This document shows positions 36,166 to 43,930 of a stretch of DNA of 64,000 nt, piece by piece; positions within the stretch are counted from its first letter, which is position 1; each line of letters starts with the position of its first letter. Source of the DNA: Acidimicrobiales bacterium (GTDB lineage Bacteria > Actinomycetota > Acidimicrobiia > Acidimicrobiales > Aldehydirespiratoraceae); NCBI GenBank assembly GCA_965116965.1, contig OZ220743.1, positions 111,262-175,261 of the forward strand. Reading direction: 5' to 3'. Position numbers and translations under genes: made by a program. Below the pieces are notes generated by a model. It was not told the origin of the DNA and ran no database searches. It worked only from the letters and a program-made list of their open reading frames with translations.

Positions 36166-37389
36166 CTAGCGGGCGGAGGCTGACAGCAATTCGTAGGCGT
36201 TGTCCCGCATCACCTTGCGGACCTCGTCGTCGCTGAAGCCGGCGATGTCGTCCAGGTAGGAGGCCGGCTCGGCCAGACCCTCGGCGTGGGGGTAGTCCGA
36301 GCCGAACAGCATCCGGTCGGCCCCGATGCAGTCCTTGATGAGGGCCATGTCGTCCTCGAAGTAGGGCGACACCCACACGTTCTCGATGAAGACCTCCACC
36401 GGGTGGCGCTTGAACTCCCACGGCATCTTGCCGTGGCAGATCTTGAGGTTGCGCAACAGGTCGGGGACCCACATGGCCCCGTTCTCGATGGTGGCCAGGC
36501 GCAGATCGGGGAAGCGGTCGAGCACGCCGTGGCAGATCAGGGCCGCGAACGTGTCGGAGATCGAGCGGTCCGAGAAGGCCACCAGCGGGAAGGCCATGTG
36601 CTTGAACGCCTCGAACTGGCCCCGGGACGGCTCCCACACCTTGCCGTACTGGACGGTGCCGTTGAGGCCGGCGTGCATGGCCAGCGGCACCCCGGCCTCC
36701 TCCAGCCGGGCCCAGATCGGGTCGTAGTCGGCCATGCCCGGCGACTGGTAGCCGCTTCCGGTGGGCACCGGGCCGGGAACGGTGCACACGATGCGGGCGC
36801 CCATCCCCAGCAGCCGCTCCAGCTCGACCACCGCCAGCTCCGGGTCGGCGAAGGTGAGCATGGGCACAGCGAAGATGCGGCCGTCGCGGTCGAAGCCCCA
36901 GTCCTCGTCGAGCCAGTTGTTGAACGCGCTGAAGGCGGCGTGCAGGGCTGCAATGTCACGCTTGAGGGCCTCCTGCATGCCCACGCCCTGGGTGGGGAAC
37001 AGCAGCACCGACTCCAAACCCTGGCTGTCCATCAGCTCGACGCGGGCGTCGCGGTCGCGGAAGCCGGGGTGGTCCTCTAGGGGATCGAGGTCGCCGAACA
37101 TGGCCGCGATGTCGCGCCCCTCCAGGTTGCGGCCCCGGAAGTAATCCTCGAGGCTGCCCGGCTTGGCGATCGGGTCGAAGGTCGGGTTGGGGATGAACTT
37201 GTTGACCTTGCCGGCCACCATGAAGCGCTTTCGACCGTCGATCTCCGCCCACTGCATGCAGCGCTTCTTCATGGACGGGTCGATGTGGCGAATGAAGGCG
37301 TCGGGCGCCTCGTAGTAGTGCTCGTCCACATCGAACGCCCGGAATCCCAGTGCGGCTTGGGTCGTCATTGCTTCGAGGCTACCGGCCAC
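36166..37389 (-). CDS. amidohydrolase-2 family protein
   Basis: FDVDEHYYEAPDAF..., LLFPTQG..., FGSDYPHAEG. It is a paralog of 61628..62806. The start may be ATG 37368. Confidence 0.8.
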   Translation of the reverse strand: MAGSLEAMTTQAALGFRAFDVDEHYYEAPDAFIRHIDPSMKKRCMQWAEIDGRKRFMVAGKVNKFIPNPTFDPIAKPGSLEDYFRGRNLEGRDIAAMFGDLDPLEDHPGFRDRDARVELMDSQGLESVLLFPTQGVGMQEALKRDIAALHAAFSAFNNWLDEDWGFDRDGRIFAVPMLTFADPELAVVELERLLGMGARIVCTVPGPVPTGSGYQSPGMADYDPIWARLEEAGVPLAMHAGLNGTVQYGKVWEPSRGQFEAFKHMAFPLVAFSDRSISDTFAALICHGVLDRFPDLRLATIENGAMWVPDLLRNLKICHGKMPWEFKRHPVEVFIENVWVSPYFEDDMALIKDCIGADRMLFGSDYPHAEGLAEPASYLDDIAGFSDDEVRKVMRDNAYELLSASAR

Positions 37390-37481
37390 CCTGCCCAGCG
37401 AATCCCAGCATAACCAGCATTATCAGTTTTTTTTTGTGATTATTGTTATATTTCAATATGCACTCTGCTAACTTGCCTGTC

Positions 37482-37841
37482 ATGGACCCGGCGATAACCG
37501 CCACCGTCATCGGCGTGCTGCTAACCGTCGCCTTCGGCGCCTTCGCTACCGCGTTCGCCTGGTTCAGGTCCGACGTGATCGCTCGCTTGGACAAGATGGA
37601 TGAGAAGTCAGACAGCCGGTTCGAGAAGATCGACGGCAGGTTCGAGAAGATCGACGGCAGGTTCGAAGAGATCGACGGCAGGTTCGAAGAGATCGACGGC
37701 AGGTTCGAGAAGATCGACGCCCGGTTCGAGAAGATCGACGCCCGGTTCGACCGGCTGGAGACGACCGTTCAGACCCTGATTGTGACGCTCGCCCAGAGAG
37801 GGCATTTGACGGACCCAGACGACTCGGGGCCCGAAGACTGA
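37482..37841 (+). CDS. small membrane-anchored coiled-coil protein with six and a half 21-bp (heptad) repeats
   Basis: MDPAITATVIGVLLTVAFGAFATAFAWFRSDV (one TM helix), then RFEKIDG x2, RFEEIDG x2, RFEKIDA x2, RFDRLET, and a C-terminal LAQRGHLTDP. It lies behind a roughly 90-bp AT-rich tract. TAACTT sits 7 nt upstream of the ATG, and I saw no Shine-Dalgarno. Confidence 0.65.
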   Translation: MDPAITATVIGVLLTVAFGAFATAFAWFRSDVIARLDKMDEKSDSRFEKIDGRFEKIDGRFEEIDGRFEEIDGRFEKIDARFEKIDARFDRLETTVQTLIVTLAQRGHLTDPDDSGPED

Positions 37842-37848
37842 AGTAGAT

Positions 37849-38025
37849 GTGATCCTTGCCGCCATCGTCATCGGCGGGCTGTACCCGGCCTCACTCGCTG
37901 CCTTCATCATTCAGTTCGTCCGGCTGCGGTCTGACATGCACGCGGGTTTCGACAGGCTCGAGACCCGCTTCGACGAACTGTTCGACCGGCTGGAGAGTCA
38001 GGTGCCGATGACTGACTCTCCGTAA
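37849..38025 (+). CDS. small membrane-anchored coiled-coil protein (58 aa, GTG start; below the ORF-track cutoff)
   Basis: My own translation: VILAAIVIGGLYPASLAAFIIQFVRLRSDMHAGFDRLETRFDELFDRLESQVPMTDSP. It has the same TM, LRSD and RLE layout as the neighbouring paralog. The 3' end overlaps the convergent LLM gene. Confidence 0.4.
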   Translation: MILAAIVIGGLYPASLAAFIIQFVRLRSDMHAGFDRLETRFDELFDRLESQVPMTDSP

Positions 38026-38909
38026 TGCTGGAGGGCCTCTAGGGAGCGGTTCAGGGAGTCGGCGGGGATGGGGGCCGCGCACCAGGTGACGCCTAGCTCG
38101 GCCAACTCCTGCAGGGCCTCCGAGTGGGCGTCGGGATTGAAGTCGTCGGCGACGGGGCTACCGCCGGCCAAGGTCATGAACGAGACGTCGATCTCTGCGG
38201 GGTCGCGACCGGCTGACTCGGCTTGACGCCATAGGTCGTCCAGCATCGCTCTCAAGTCGTCGAGTGTCTCCAGCGGGACCGTTCGGGCGGTGGTGGCCAG
38301 CCGTCGGGGGGCGGGGAACGGGACCCAACCGTCGGCGACGGTCGCGACACGCCGGCGGCTGAGGCGGCTGTTGCCTCCGATCCAGATCGGGATCGGCCGC
38401 TCCGGCTTGGGGTTGGCGGTCTGGCCCCGGGCCGTGAAGTTGCGGCCCTCGTAACTGAAGTCGTCGGTGGTCCACACGCCCCGCACGACCTCGATGGCCT
38501 CGTCGAACAGGTCGTTGCGCTCTTCGAAGTCCACTCCGAGGGCCCGGTACTCGCCCTTGAGGTAGCCGGTGCCCACGGCCAGCACGAACCGGCCGTCGGA
38601 CATAGCGTCGATGGTGGCCGCCGACTTAGCCACCAGGAACGGGTTGCGGTAGGGCAGCACCACCACGTTGGGGATCAACTGCACGCGCTCCGTGACCGCG
38701 GCCGTGAAGGCCAGCGCCGCGAAGGGATCGAGCGCGTCGTGGCCGCCGGCCGCCATCCAGCGGTGAGTCGGGGCGGGATGATCGGTGAAGCCAATCCCGT
38801 CGAAGCCGGCCTCCTCGGCCGCCCGGGCGAACTCCACGAGCCCTTGGCGCGTCGCGAACTCGGGGCTGCAGCGGCCCGCGGCCAGCGGGTACGTCACCGA
38901 GAACTTCAC
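37998..38909 (-). CDS. LLM-class F420-dependent oxidoreductase
   Basis: MKFSVTYPL..., FDGIGFTDHP, VVLPYRNPFLVAKSAATIDAMSDGRFVLAVGTGY and PIWIGGNS are luciferase-like monooxygenase family blocks. It uses a GTG start. Confidence 0.85.
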   Translation of the reverse strand: MKFSVTYPLAAGRCSPEFATRQGLVEFARAAEEAGFDGIGFTDHPAPTHRWMAAGGHDALDPFAALAFTAAVTERVQLIPNVVVLPYRNPFLVAKSAATIDAMSDGRFVLAVGTGYLKGEYRALGVDFEERNDLFDEAIEVVRGVWTTDDFSYEGRNFTARGQTANPKPERPIPIWIGGNSRLSRRRVATVADGWVPFPAPRRLATTARTVPLETLDDLRAMLDDLWRQAESAGRDPAEIDVSFMTLAGGSPVADDFNPDAHSEALQELAELGVTWCAAPIPADSLNRSLEALQHYGESVIGT

Positions 38910-39234
38910 GAACGAACCCTCCCGGCTGCCAACGCGAACCCGGCGATAGGCAAGAGCGCCACCGAGAACTTCACGAACGAACCCTCCCAGCTGCCAACGC
39001 GAACCCGGCGATAGGCAAGAGCGCCACCGAGAACTTCACGAACGAACCCTCCCAGCTGCCAACGCGAACCCGGCGATAGGCAAGAGCGCCACCGAGAACT
39101 TCACGAACGAACCCTCCCAGCTGCCAACGCGAACCCGGCGATAGGCAAGAGCGCCACCGAGAACGTCACGAACGAACTCTCCCAGCTCCCAGCTCGAACG
39201 CAACGGCAGGCACGAGCATCACCGAGAACTTCAC
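38906..39234 (-). repeat. tandem array of five 65-bp units, each a 22-codon mini-cistron (relay between the FGGY kinase stop and the LLM start)
   Basis: Unit starts (GTG) are at 39234, 39169, 39104, 39039 and 38974. Each reads GTG AAG/ACG TTC TCG GTG ... GGG AGG GTT CGT TCG TGA (MKFSVALLPIAGFALAAGRVRS). Each TGA overlaps the next GTG, and the final TGA overlaps the LLM GTG at 38909. Confidence 0.9.
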
Positions 39235-40559
39235 CGGTCGGCGCCCTCACGGAAGCGGCGGTAGCGCCCCTCGGCGCCGGCGGCGTGCCCGGCGCGGGGC
39301 TCCAACCGATGCGACACCCGGCCCCAGCGCCGGGCCTGCGACGTGTCGGCCTCCAGTCCGGCGGTGACCCGGCTGTGGTAGGCCGCACCGAGAGCGGCGC
39401 TATAGGGCTCGGCCGACACGTCCACGGCCAGGCCTGTCGTGTCGGCCAGCGCCTGCATCCAGGCCGGCGACTGGGTCCCGCCGCCGACGGCGACGATCCG
39501 CGAGGCGTCGAGACCGGAGAGCTCTACGTGGTGGCGCACCACGAAGCCGGCCGCCTCGTAGGCGGCCATCAGGACATGGGCCGATGTGTGGCCGACGTGA
39601 AGGTCGAGCAACTCGGCCCGGCGATCGGGATCGTGCAACGGGGTGCGCTCCCCTCTCGGATAGGGCAGCCACACGGGTAGGTCGTCACCGTCGAGCGCCA
39701 GCAGATCTCCAGAGTCCGGGTCGCCCACCAGAGCCCGGACCCGGTCGACGAACAGGCCGCCGGCGTTACTGGCCCCGCCCACGGCCATGATGCCGGCCCG
39801 GGCCGAGGGGAACGTCCACAACCCGTCGACCTCGACCCACTGATCGGTCATCACCCACGGCAGCAGCGTGGTTCCGCACATCACCAGCACGTCGCCGGCA
39901 TCGCCGCAGGGCGCGACGAGCTGCTCCCCCAGCACGTCGATGGTCCCGGCCGACACCAGGGCGCCGTCACGCTCGCCGATGGCGGCCGCCCCCGGGCTGA
40001 TGGCCGGGAGCTGCTCCGAGGTCATGCCGATCTCATCGAGCAACTCGGGCGCCCAGCCCTGCCCGTCGGACATCGGGGTCAGAGCCATGGCGGTGGAGGA
40101 GTCGAGGGCGGCCACGCCGCACAGGGCGCGGTTGGCCGCGGCCTGTGCCGGCCACAGAGCCTCCACCCCGTCACAGCCGGCCAACCAGCGAGCAAACCCG
40201 ACGGCCTCCCCGTCAGTGGCCTCAGTACCGGTTCCGACGCCTCGGCCGCGAGCGTCACCGTAGAGCAGACCAACGGTGACCGGCGTTCCGGCCGAGTCGA
40301 CTCCGCACATGGACGGCACCATGGCGGAGACGGTGACGGCGGCGATGGATCGATCGGCGGTGCCGGCCAGCATCTGGTCCCAGGCGCCGAGCACGCCGTC
40401 GATCCACGCGCCCTGAGGATCGTGCTCGAACTGGCCGGGATCGGTCGACACGACCCGGTGAGGGATCCGGGCCCGGGCCAGGACCGCACCGTCGCCGTCG
40501 GCGGCCACAGCCTTGACCGAGGTCGTCCCGATGTCGATCCCTACCGTCACCTCGTCCAT
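39231..40559 (-). CDS. FGGY-family carbohydrate kinase (xylulokinase-like)
   Basis: N-terminal VTVGIDIGTTSVKAVA, and C-terminal VAVGGGTQSPAWMQALADTTGLAV. Confidence 0.85.
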   Translation of the reverse strand: MDEVTVGIDIGTTSVKAVAADGDGAVLARARIPHRVVSTDPGQFEHDPQGAWIDGVLGAWDQMLAGTADRSIAAVTVSAMVPSMCGVDSAGTPVTVGLLYGDARGRGVGTGTEATDGEAVGFARWLAGCDGVEALWPAQAAANRALCGVAALDSSTAMALTPMSDGQGWAPELLDEIGMTSEQLPAISPGAAAIGERDGALVSAGTIDVLGEQLVAPCGDAGDVLVMCGTTLLPWVMTDQWVEVDGLWTFPSARAGIMAVGGASNAGGLFVDRVRALVGDPDSGDLLALDGDDLPVWLPYPRGERTPLHDPDRRAELLDLHVGHTSAHVLMAAYEAAGFVVRHHVELSGLDASRIVAVGGGTQSPAWMQALADTTGLAVDVSAEPYSAALGAAYHSRVTAGLEADTSQARRWGRVSHRLEPRAGHAAGAEGRYRRFREGADR

Positions 40560-40785
40560 ACGCCCTCCTCGCCACGGATGACTGCCACCCTTCGAACATC
40601 TCCGCGACAGTCATCTCCGCAACAGTCATCCCCGCTCCCTGACGCTACGCCACCGAAGCCACGCTTTGGTCCGATTCTTGCCGTGAAGCGGCCTCCTCAC
40701 CCCGAAGAGCCGCAAGACGGTCAACATCTCGGTCGAGTTGGCCGACAAGCCCCACGACGGGTAATGCGCTGGCTACGGTGGCGGT

Positions 40786-41691
40786 ATGAGTTCGCCGATT
40801 TGGGATCCGCACGGGCCAAGCCTCGTAGTGCTGAGGGACAATCTCCCCATACTCGCCGAACTCCCGGACGAGTCAATCACGTTGGTGTACATCGACCCTC
40901 CGTTCAACACCGGCCGTCGGCAGTCGAGGCAGACGCTGCGAACCACCAGAAGCGAGAAAGGCGATCGCGTCGGGTTCAAGGGTGCAACCTACAAGACAGT
41001 GAAGGGCTCGCTGTCGGCATATGACGACGCCTTCGGTGACTACTGGTCGTTCTTGGAGCCCAGGCTGGAGCAGGCATGGCGACTGCTGACAGACGATGGC
41101 ACGCTGTACCTGCACCTCGACTACCGCGAAGTCCACTACGCCAAGGTCGTGCTTGACTCACTGTTTGGCCGGGAGTGTTTCCTGAACGAGATTATTTGGG
41201 CCTACGACTACGGTGCTCGGGCGCGAAGCCGCTGGCCAGCCAAGCACGACAACATCCTCGTCTACGTGAAGAACCCCGACGCCTACCACTTCGACAACGC
41301 CACCGTCGACCGCGAGCCCTACATGGCTCCGGGCCTAGTAACACCCGAGAAGGCGGCCAAAGGCAAGTTGCCCACCGATGTCTGGTGGCACACCATCGTG
41401 TCGCCGACAGGCAAAGAGAAGACCGGCTATCCAACTCAGAAACCCGAGGGCATCCTCCGCCGTATCGTGCAAGCCAGCAGCCGACAGGGCGACTGGGTGC
41501 TCGACTTCTTCGCTGGCAGTGGCACGGCTGGTGCTGTCGCGGCTCAACTCGACCGTCGCTTCATAATGGTCGACAACAACCCAGAGGCCTACGAAGTGAT
41601 GCAAAGGCGCCTCGGGAACGGAGGGTTGCTAACATCGATCAAGTATCTGGACCTAAGCACCGACCAGCCCGCGGAGCAGACGGTTGCCTGA
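40786..41691 (+). CDS. type II DNA methyltransferase, beta-class amino-methyltransferase (N6-A or N4-C)
   Basis: Motif IV LVYIDPPFNTG near the N-terminus. TGYPTQKPEGILRRIV and AdoMet motif I VLDFFAGSGTAGAVA near the C-terminus. Confidence 0.85.
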   Translation: MSSPIWDPHGPSLVVLRDNLPILAELPDESITLVYIDPPFNTGRRQSRQTLRTTRSEKGDRVGFKGATYKTVKGSLSAYDDAFGDYWSFLEPRLEQAWRLLTDDGTLYLHLDYREVHYAKVVLDSLFGRECFLNEIIWAYDYGARARSRWPAKHDNILVYVKNPDAYHFDNATVDREPYMAPGLVTPEKAAKGKLPTDVWWHTIVSPTGKEKTGYPTQKPEGILRRIVQASSRQGDWVLDFFAGSGTAGAVAAQLDRRFIMVDNNPEAYEVMQRRLGNGGLLTSIKYLDLSTDQPAEQTVA

Positions 41692-42238
41692 CCACGAGAT
41701 TATAGATCCGGAGGTCACCCTCCTAGCGGAGATCGCGACGACACTCGAAGGTCAGTATTCAGACGACTTTTCGATGTGGGCGGGGAGTCCGTTCCGCTGG
41801 ATCAAGACCCGGCCATCAAGACACGTCGGTGCCATAGCCGAGAAGCTCGTGAGCCATTGGTGTGCCGCCAAGGATCTGAACGTGTCACGTTCCCCGGATA
41901 GCCAGGCCGACCTTGTGATCGACGGGGCGAGGGTAGAAGTGAAGTACTCCAGCCTCTGGACCGACAACGGCATCTACAAGTTCCAACAGATTCGAGACCA
42001 GAATTACGACTACTGCTTCTGTCTGGGCGTCTCGCCATTCGAAGCACACGCCTGGTTCATTCCAAAGCCGGTGTTGATGACAGACAAGCCGCCGTCTTTG
42101 GTGCCACAGCATGGCGGGCAAGCCGGTCGAGATACGAAGTGGCTGTCGTTTCCCGCCACCTCGCCCCCGGATTGGCTGGCCCCGTTCGGTGGCACGCTTT
42201 CGGAGGTTCAAGGGCTGATCTTGGAGGCCGTCCGCTAG
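41684..42238 (+). CDS. putative type II restriction endonuclease (PD-(D/E)XK-like)
   Basis: It overlaps the methyltransferase stop by 8 nt. The candidate catalytic core is PDSQADLVIDGARVEVKYSS (D...E-x-K). No other family similarity recognised. Confidence 0.5.
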   Translation: MPDHEIIDPEVTLLAEIATTLEGQYSDDFSMWAGSPFRWIKTRPSRHVGAIAEKLVSHWCAAKDLNVSRSPDSQADLVIDGARVEVKYSSLWTDNGIYKFQQIRDQNYDYCFCLGVSPFEAHAWFIPKPVLMTDKPPSLVPQHGGQAGRDTKWLSFPATSPPDWLAPFGGTLSEVQGLILEAVR

Positions 42239-42247
42239 TTTCGGCTC

Positions 42248-43219
42248 ATGAGTCGGCCTCGGGTGTTGGTTACCGCGCCCCTTCGGGGCCCTGCCCTCGA
42301 CGAGTTGCGCGACATCGCCGACGTGGTGTTCGAACCCTGGATCGAACACCAGCCGATCAAGCTCTACCGATCCCGAGACTTCGCGGCCAAGATCCGCCAC
42401 GAGGGAGCCGACATCGTCGTGTGCGAGGCCGACTCGTGCAAGGGTCCGGTGCTGGAGCTGCCGCTGACGGCCATCGCCTCCACCCGGGCCCGGCCCACCA
42501 ACGTCGATGTCGACGCGGCCACCGCGGCCGGCATTCCCGTGCTGCGCACACCTGGCCGCAACTCCGACGCCGTGGCCGAGATGACGGTGGCTCTGCTGAT
42601 GGCAGTGACCCGGTTCGTGGTCGCCGGCGACCGCGACGTGCGAGCGGGCACGATGTTCGGCGAGACCCTCCCCTACCAGCGCTACCGGGCCTGGCAGGTG
42701 GCGGGACGCACTGCCGGGCTGGTGGGACTGGGTGCCGTGGGTCGGGCCGCCAAGTGGCGCCTGGAGGGCCTGGGCATGACGATGATCGCCGCCGATCCCT
42801 ATGCCGCCGACGCCACCCACGGCCTCGACGACCTCCTGGCGACCGCTGACGTGGTGTCGATGCACGCCGCCGTAACGCCGGAGACGTCACAGATGATGGG
42901 CTCGGACCAGTTCGCGGCGATGAAGCCGGGGGCGATCTACCTCAACACGGCTCGGGCCGCACTGCACGACACCGACGCCCTGGTGGCCGCCCTGGAGTCG
43001 GGCCATCTGGCCGGCGCCGGCCTCGACCACTTCGAGGGCGAGATCCTGCCCACCGACCATCCCCTCACCGCCATGGACAACGTGGTGCTCACACCTCACA
43101 TCGGCGGGGCCACCTACGACGTGGAGAGCAAGCAGGCGGCCATCGTGGTGGCCGACATCAAGGCCATCCTGTCGGGCGGCAAGCCGCTCCACTGCGCCAA
43201 CCCGGAGGTCCTCGAGTGA
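42248..43219 (+). CDS. D-isomer-specific 2-hydroxyacid dehydrogenase (phosphoglycerate-dehydrogenase-like)
   Basis: NAD-binding GRTAGLVGLGAVGRAAKWRLEGLGM, catalytic region NTARAALHDTDALVAAL and TPHIGGAT. Confidence 0.85.
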   Translation: MSRPRVLVTAPLRGPALDELRDIADVVFEPWIEHQPIKLYRSRDFAAKIRHEGADIVVCEADSCKGPVLELPLTAIASTRARPTNVDVDAATAAGIPVLRTPGRNSDAVAEMTVALLMAVTRFVVAGDRDVRAGTMFGETLPYQRYRAWQVAGRTAGLVGLGAVGRAAKWRLEGLGMTMIAADPYAADATHGLDDLLATADVVSMHAAVTPETSQMMGSDQFAAMKPGAIYLNTARAALHDTDALVAALESGHLAGAGLDHFEGEILPTDHPLTAMDNVVLTPHIGGATYDVESKQAAIVVADIKAILSGGKPLHCANPEVLE

Positions 43220-43260
43220 GCATCGCTGCCAGCCATCCCAACCCGGAGGTCCTCGAGTGA
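43216..43260 (+). repeat. 41-bp duplicated gene junction forming one 14-codon relay mini-cistron
   Basis: caacccggaggtcctcgagtgagcatcg occurs at 43198 and again at 43239. GTG AGC ATC GCT GCC AGC CAT CCC AAC CCG GAG GTC CTC GAG TGA encodes MSIAASHPNPEVLE. Its GTG overlaps the dehydrogenase TGA, and its TGA overlaps the aldolase GTG at 43257. Confidence 0.85.
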
Positions 43261-43916
43261 GCATCGAAGGAGACCGTCAGGATCCTGTCCACCAGGAGGT
43301 AGCCGACGTCTCGCAGCAGATGGAGCGGGCCGGACTGGTGGTGGGCACGGCCGGCAACGTGTCGGGCCGCCGCAGCGACGGCTCGGTCTGCCTCACCCCG
43401 TCGTCCACCCCCTACCCCGACGTCACCGCCGGCAACCTCGCCGTCCTCAGCCTCGAGGGCGAGCACCTGGCCGGATCGGGCCAGCCGTCCACCGAGAAGG
43501 CCATGCACCTGGCCTGCTACAACGCCTTCGAAGAGGTCGGCGGCGTCGTCCACTGCCATCCGCCCCACGCCTCGATGTTCGCGGTGGCCCACCAGCCCAT
43601 CCCGGCCAGCATCGAGGAGGTGATCGTCTACGTGGGCGGCGACGTGCCGGTGGCCGACTACGCCACCACCGGCACCGACGAACTGGCCGCAGAGGTGGTG
43701 CGCCACCTGGCCGACCGGGGCGCGGTGCTGATGGCCAACCACGGCCTGCTGTGCGTGGGCAAGTCGCCGTCCGACGCGCTGCACACTGCCCTGGTGGTGG
43801 AGCACACCGCCAAGATCATGTTCGGGGCCCGCGTCCTGGGCGGCGTCGTATCCCTGCCCGAGAAGATCGCCAGGGACTTCGCCGGCATTTACGGCTACAT
43901 CCGCAGCACCTGGTGA
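43257..43916 (+). CDS. class II aldolase/adducin-family protein
   Basis: GTAGNVSGRR..., EKAMHLACY and HCHPPHASMFA are motifs of L-fuculose-phosphate-aldolase-like proteins. Confidence 0.85.
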   Translation: MSIEGDRQDPVHQEVADVSQQMERAGLVVGTAGNVSGRRSDGSVCLTPSSTPYPDVTAGNLAVLSLEGEHLAGSGQPSTEKAMHLACYNAFEEVGGVVHCHPPHASMFAVAHQPIPASIEEVIVYVGGDVPVADYATTGTDELAAEVVRHLADRGAVLMANHGLLCVGKSPSDALHTALVVEHTAKIMFGARVLGGVVSLPEKIARDFAGIYGYIRSTW

Positions 43917-43930
43917 CCGAAGGAGGACAC

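Noticed and set aside
38895-39240. The regular 65-bp repeats here, and likewise the 35/70-bp repeats at 49.2 kb and the 60-bp repeats at 32.6 kb, could superficially look like a CRISPR array.
   Set aside because: The whole unit is repeated with no unique spacers between conserved repeats. No cas genes are nearby. The units are readable as overlapping mini-ORFs tied to the flanking genes.
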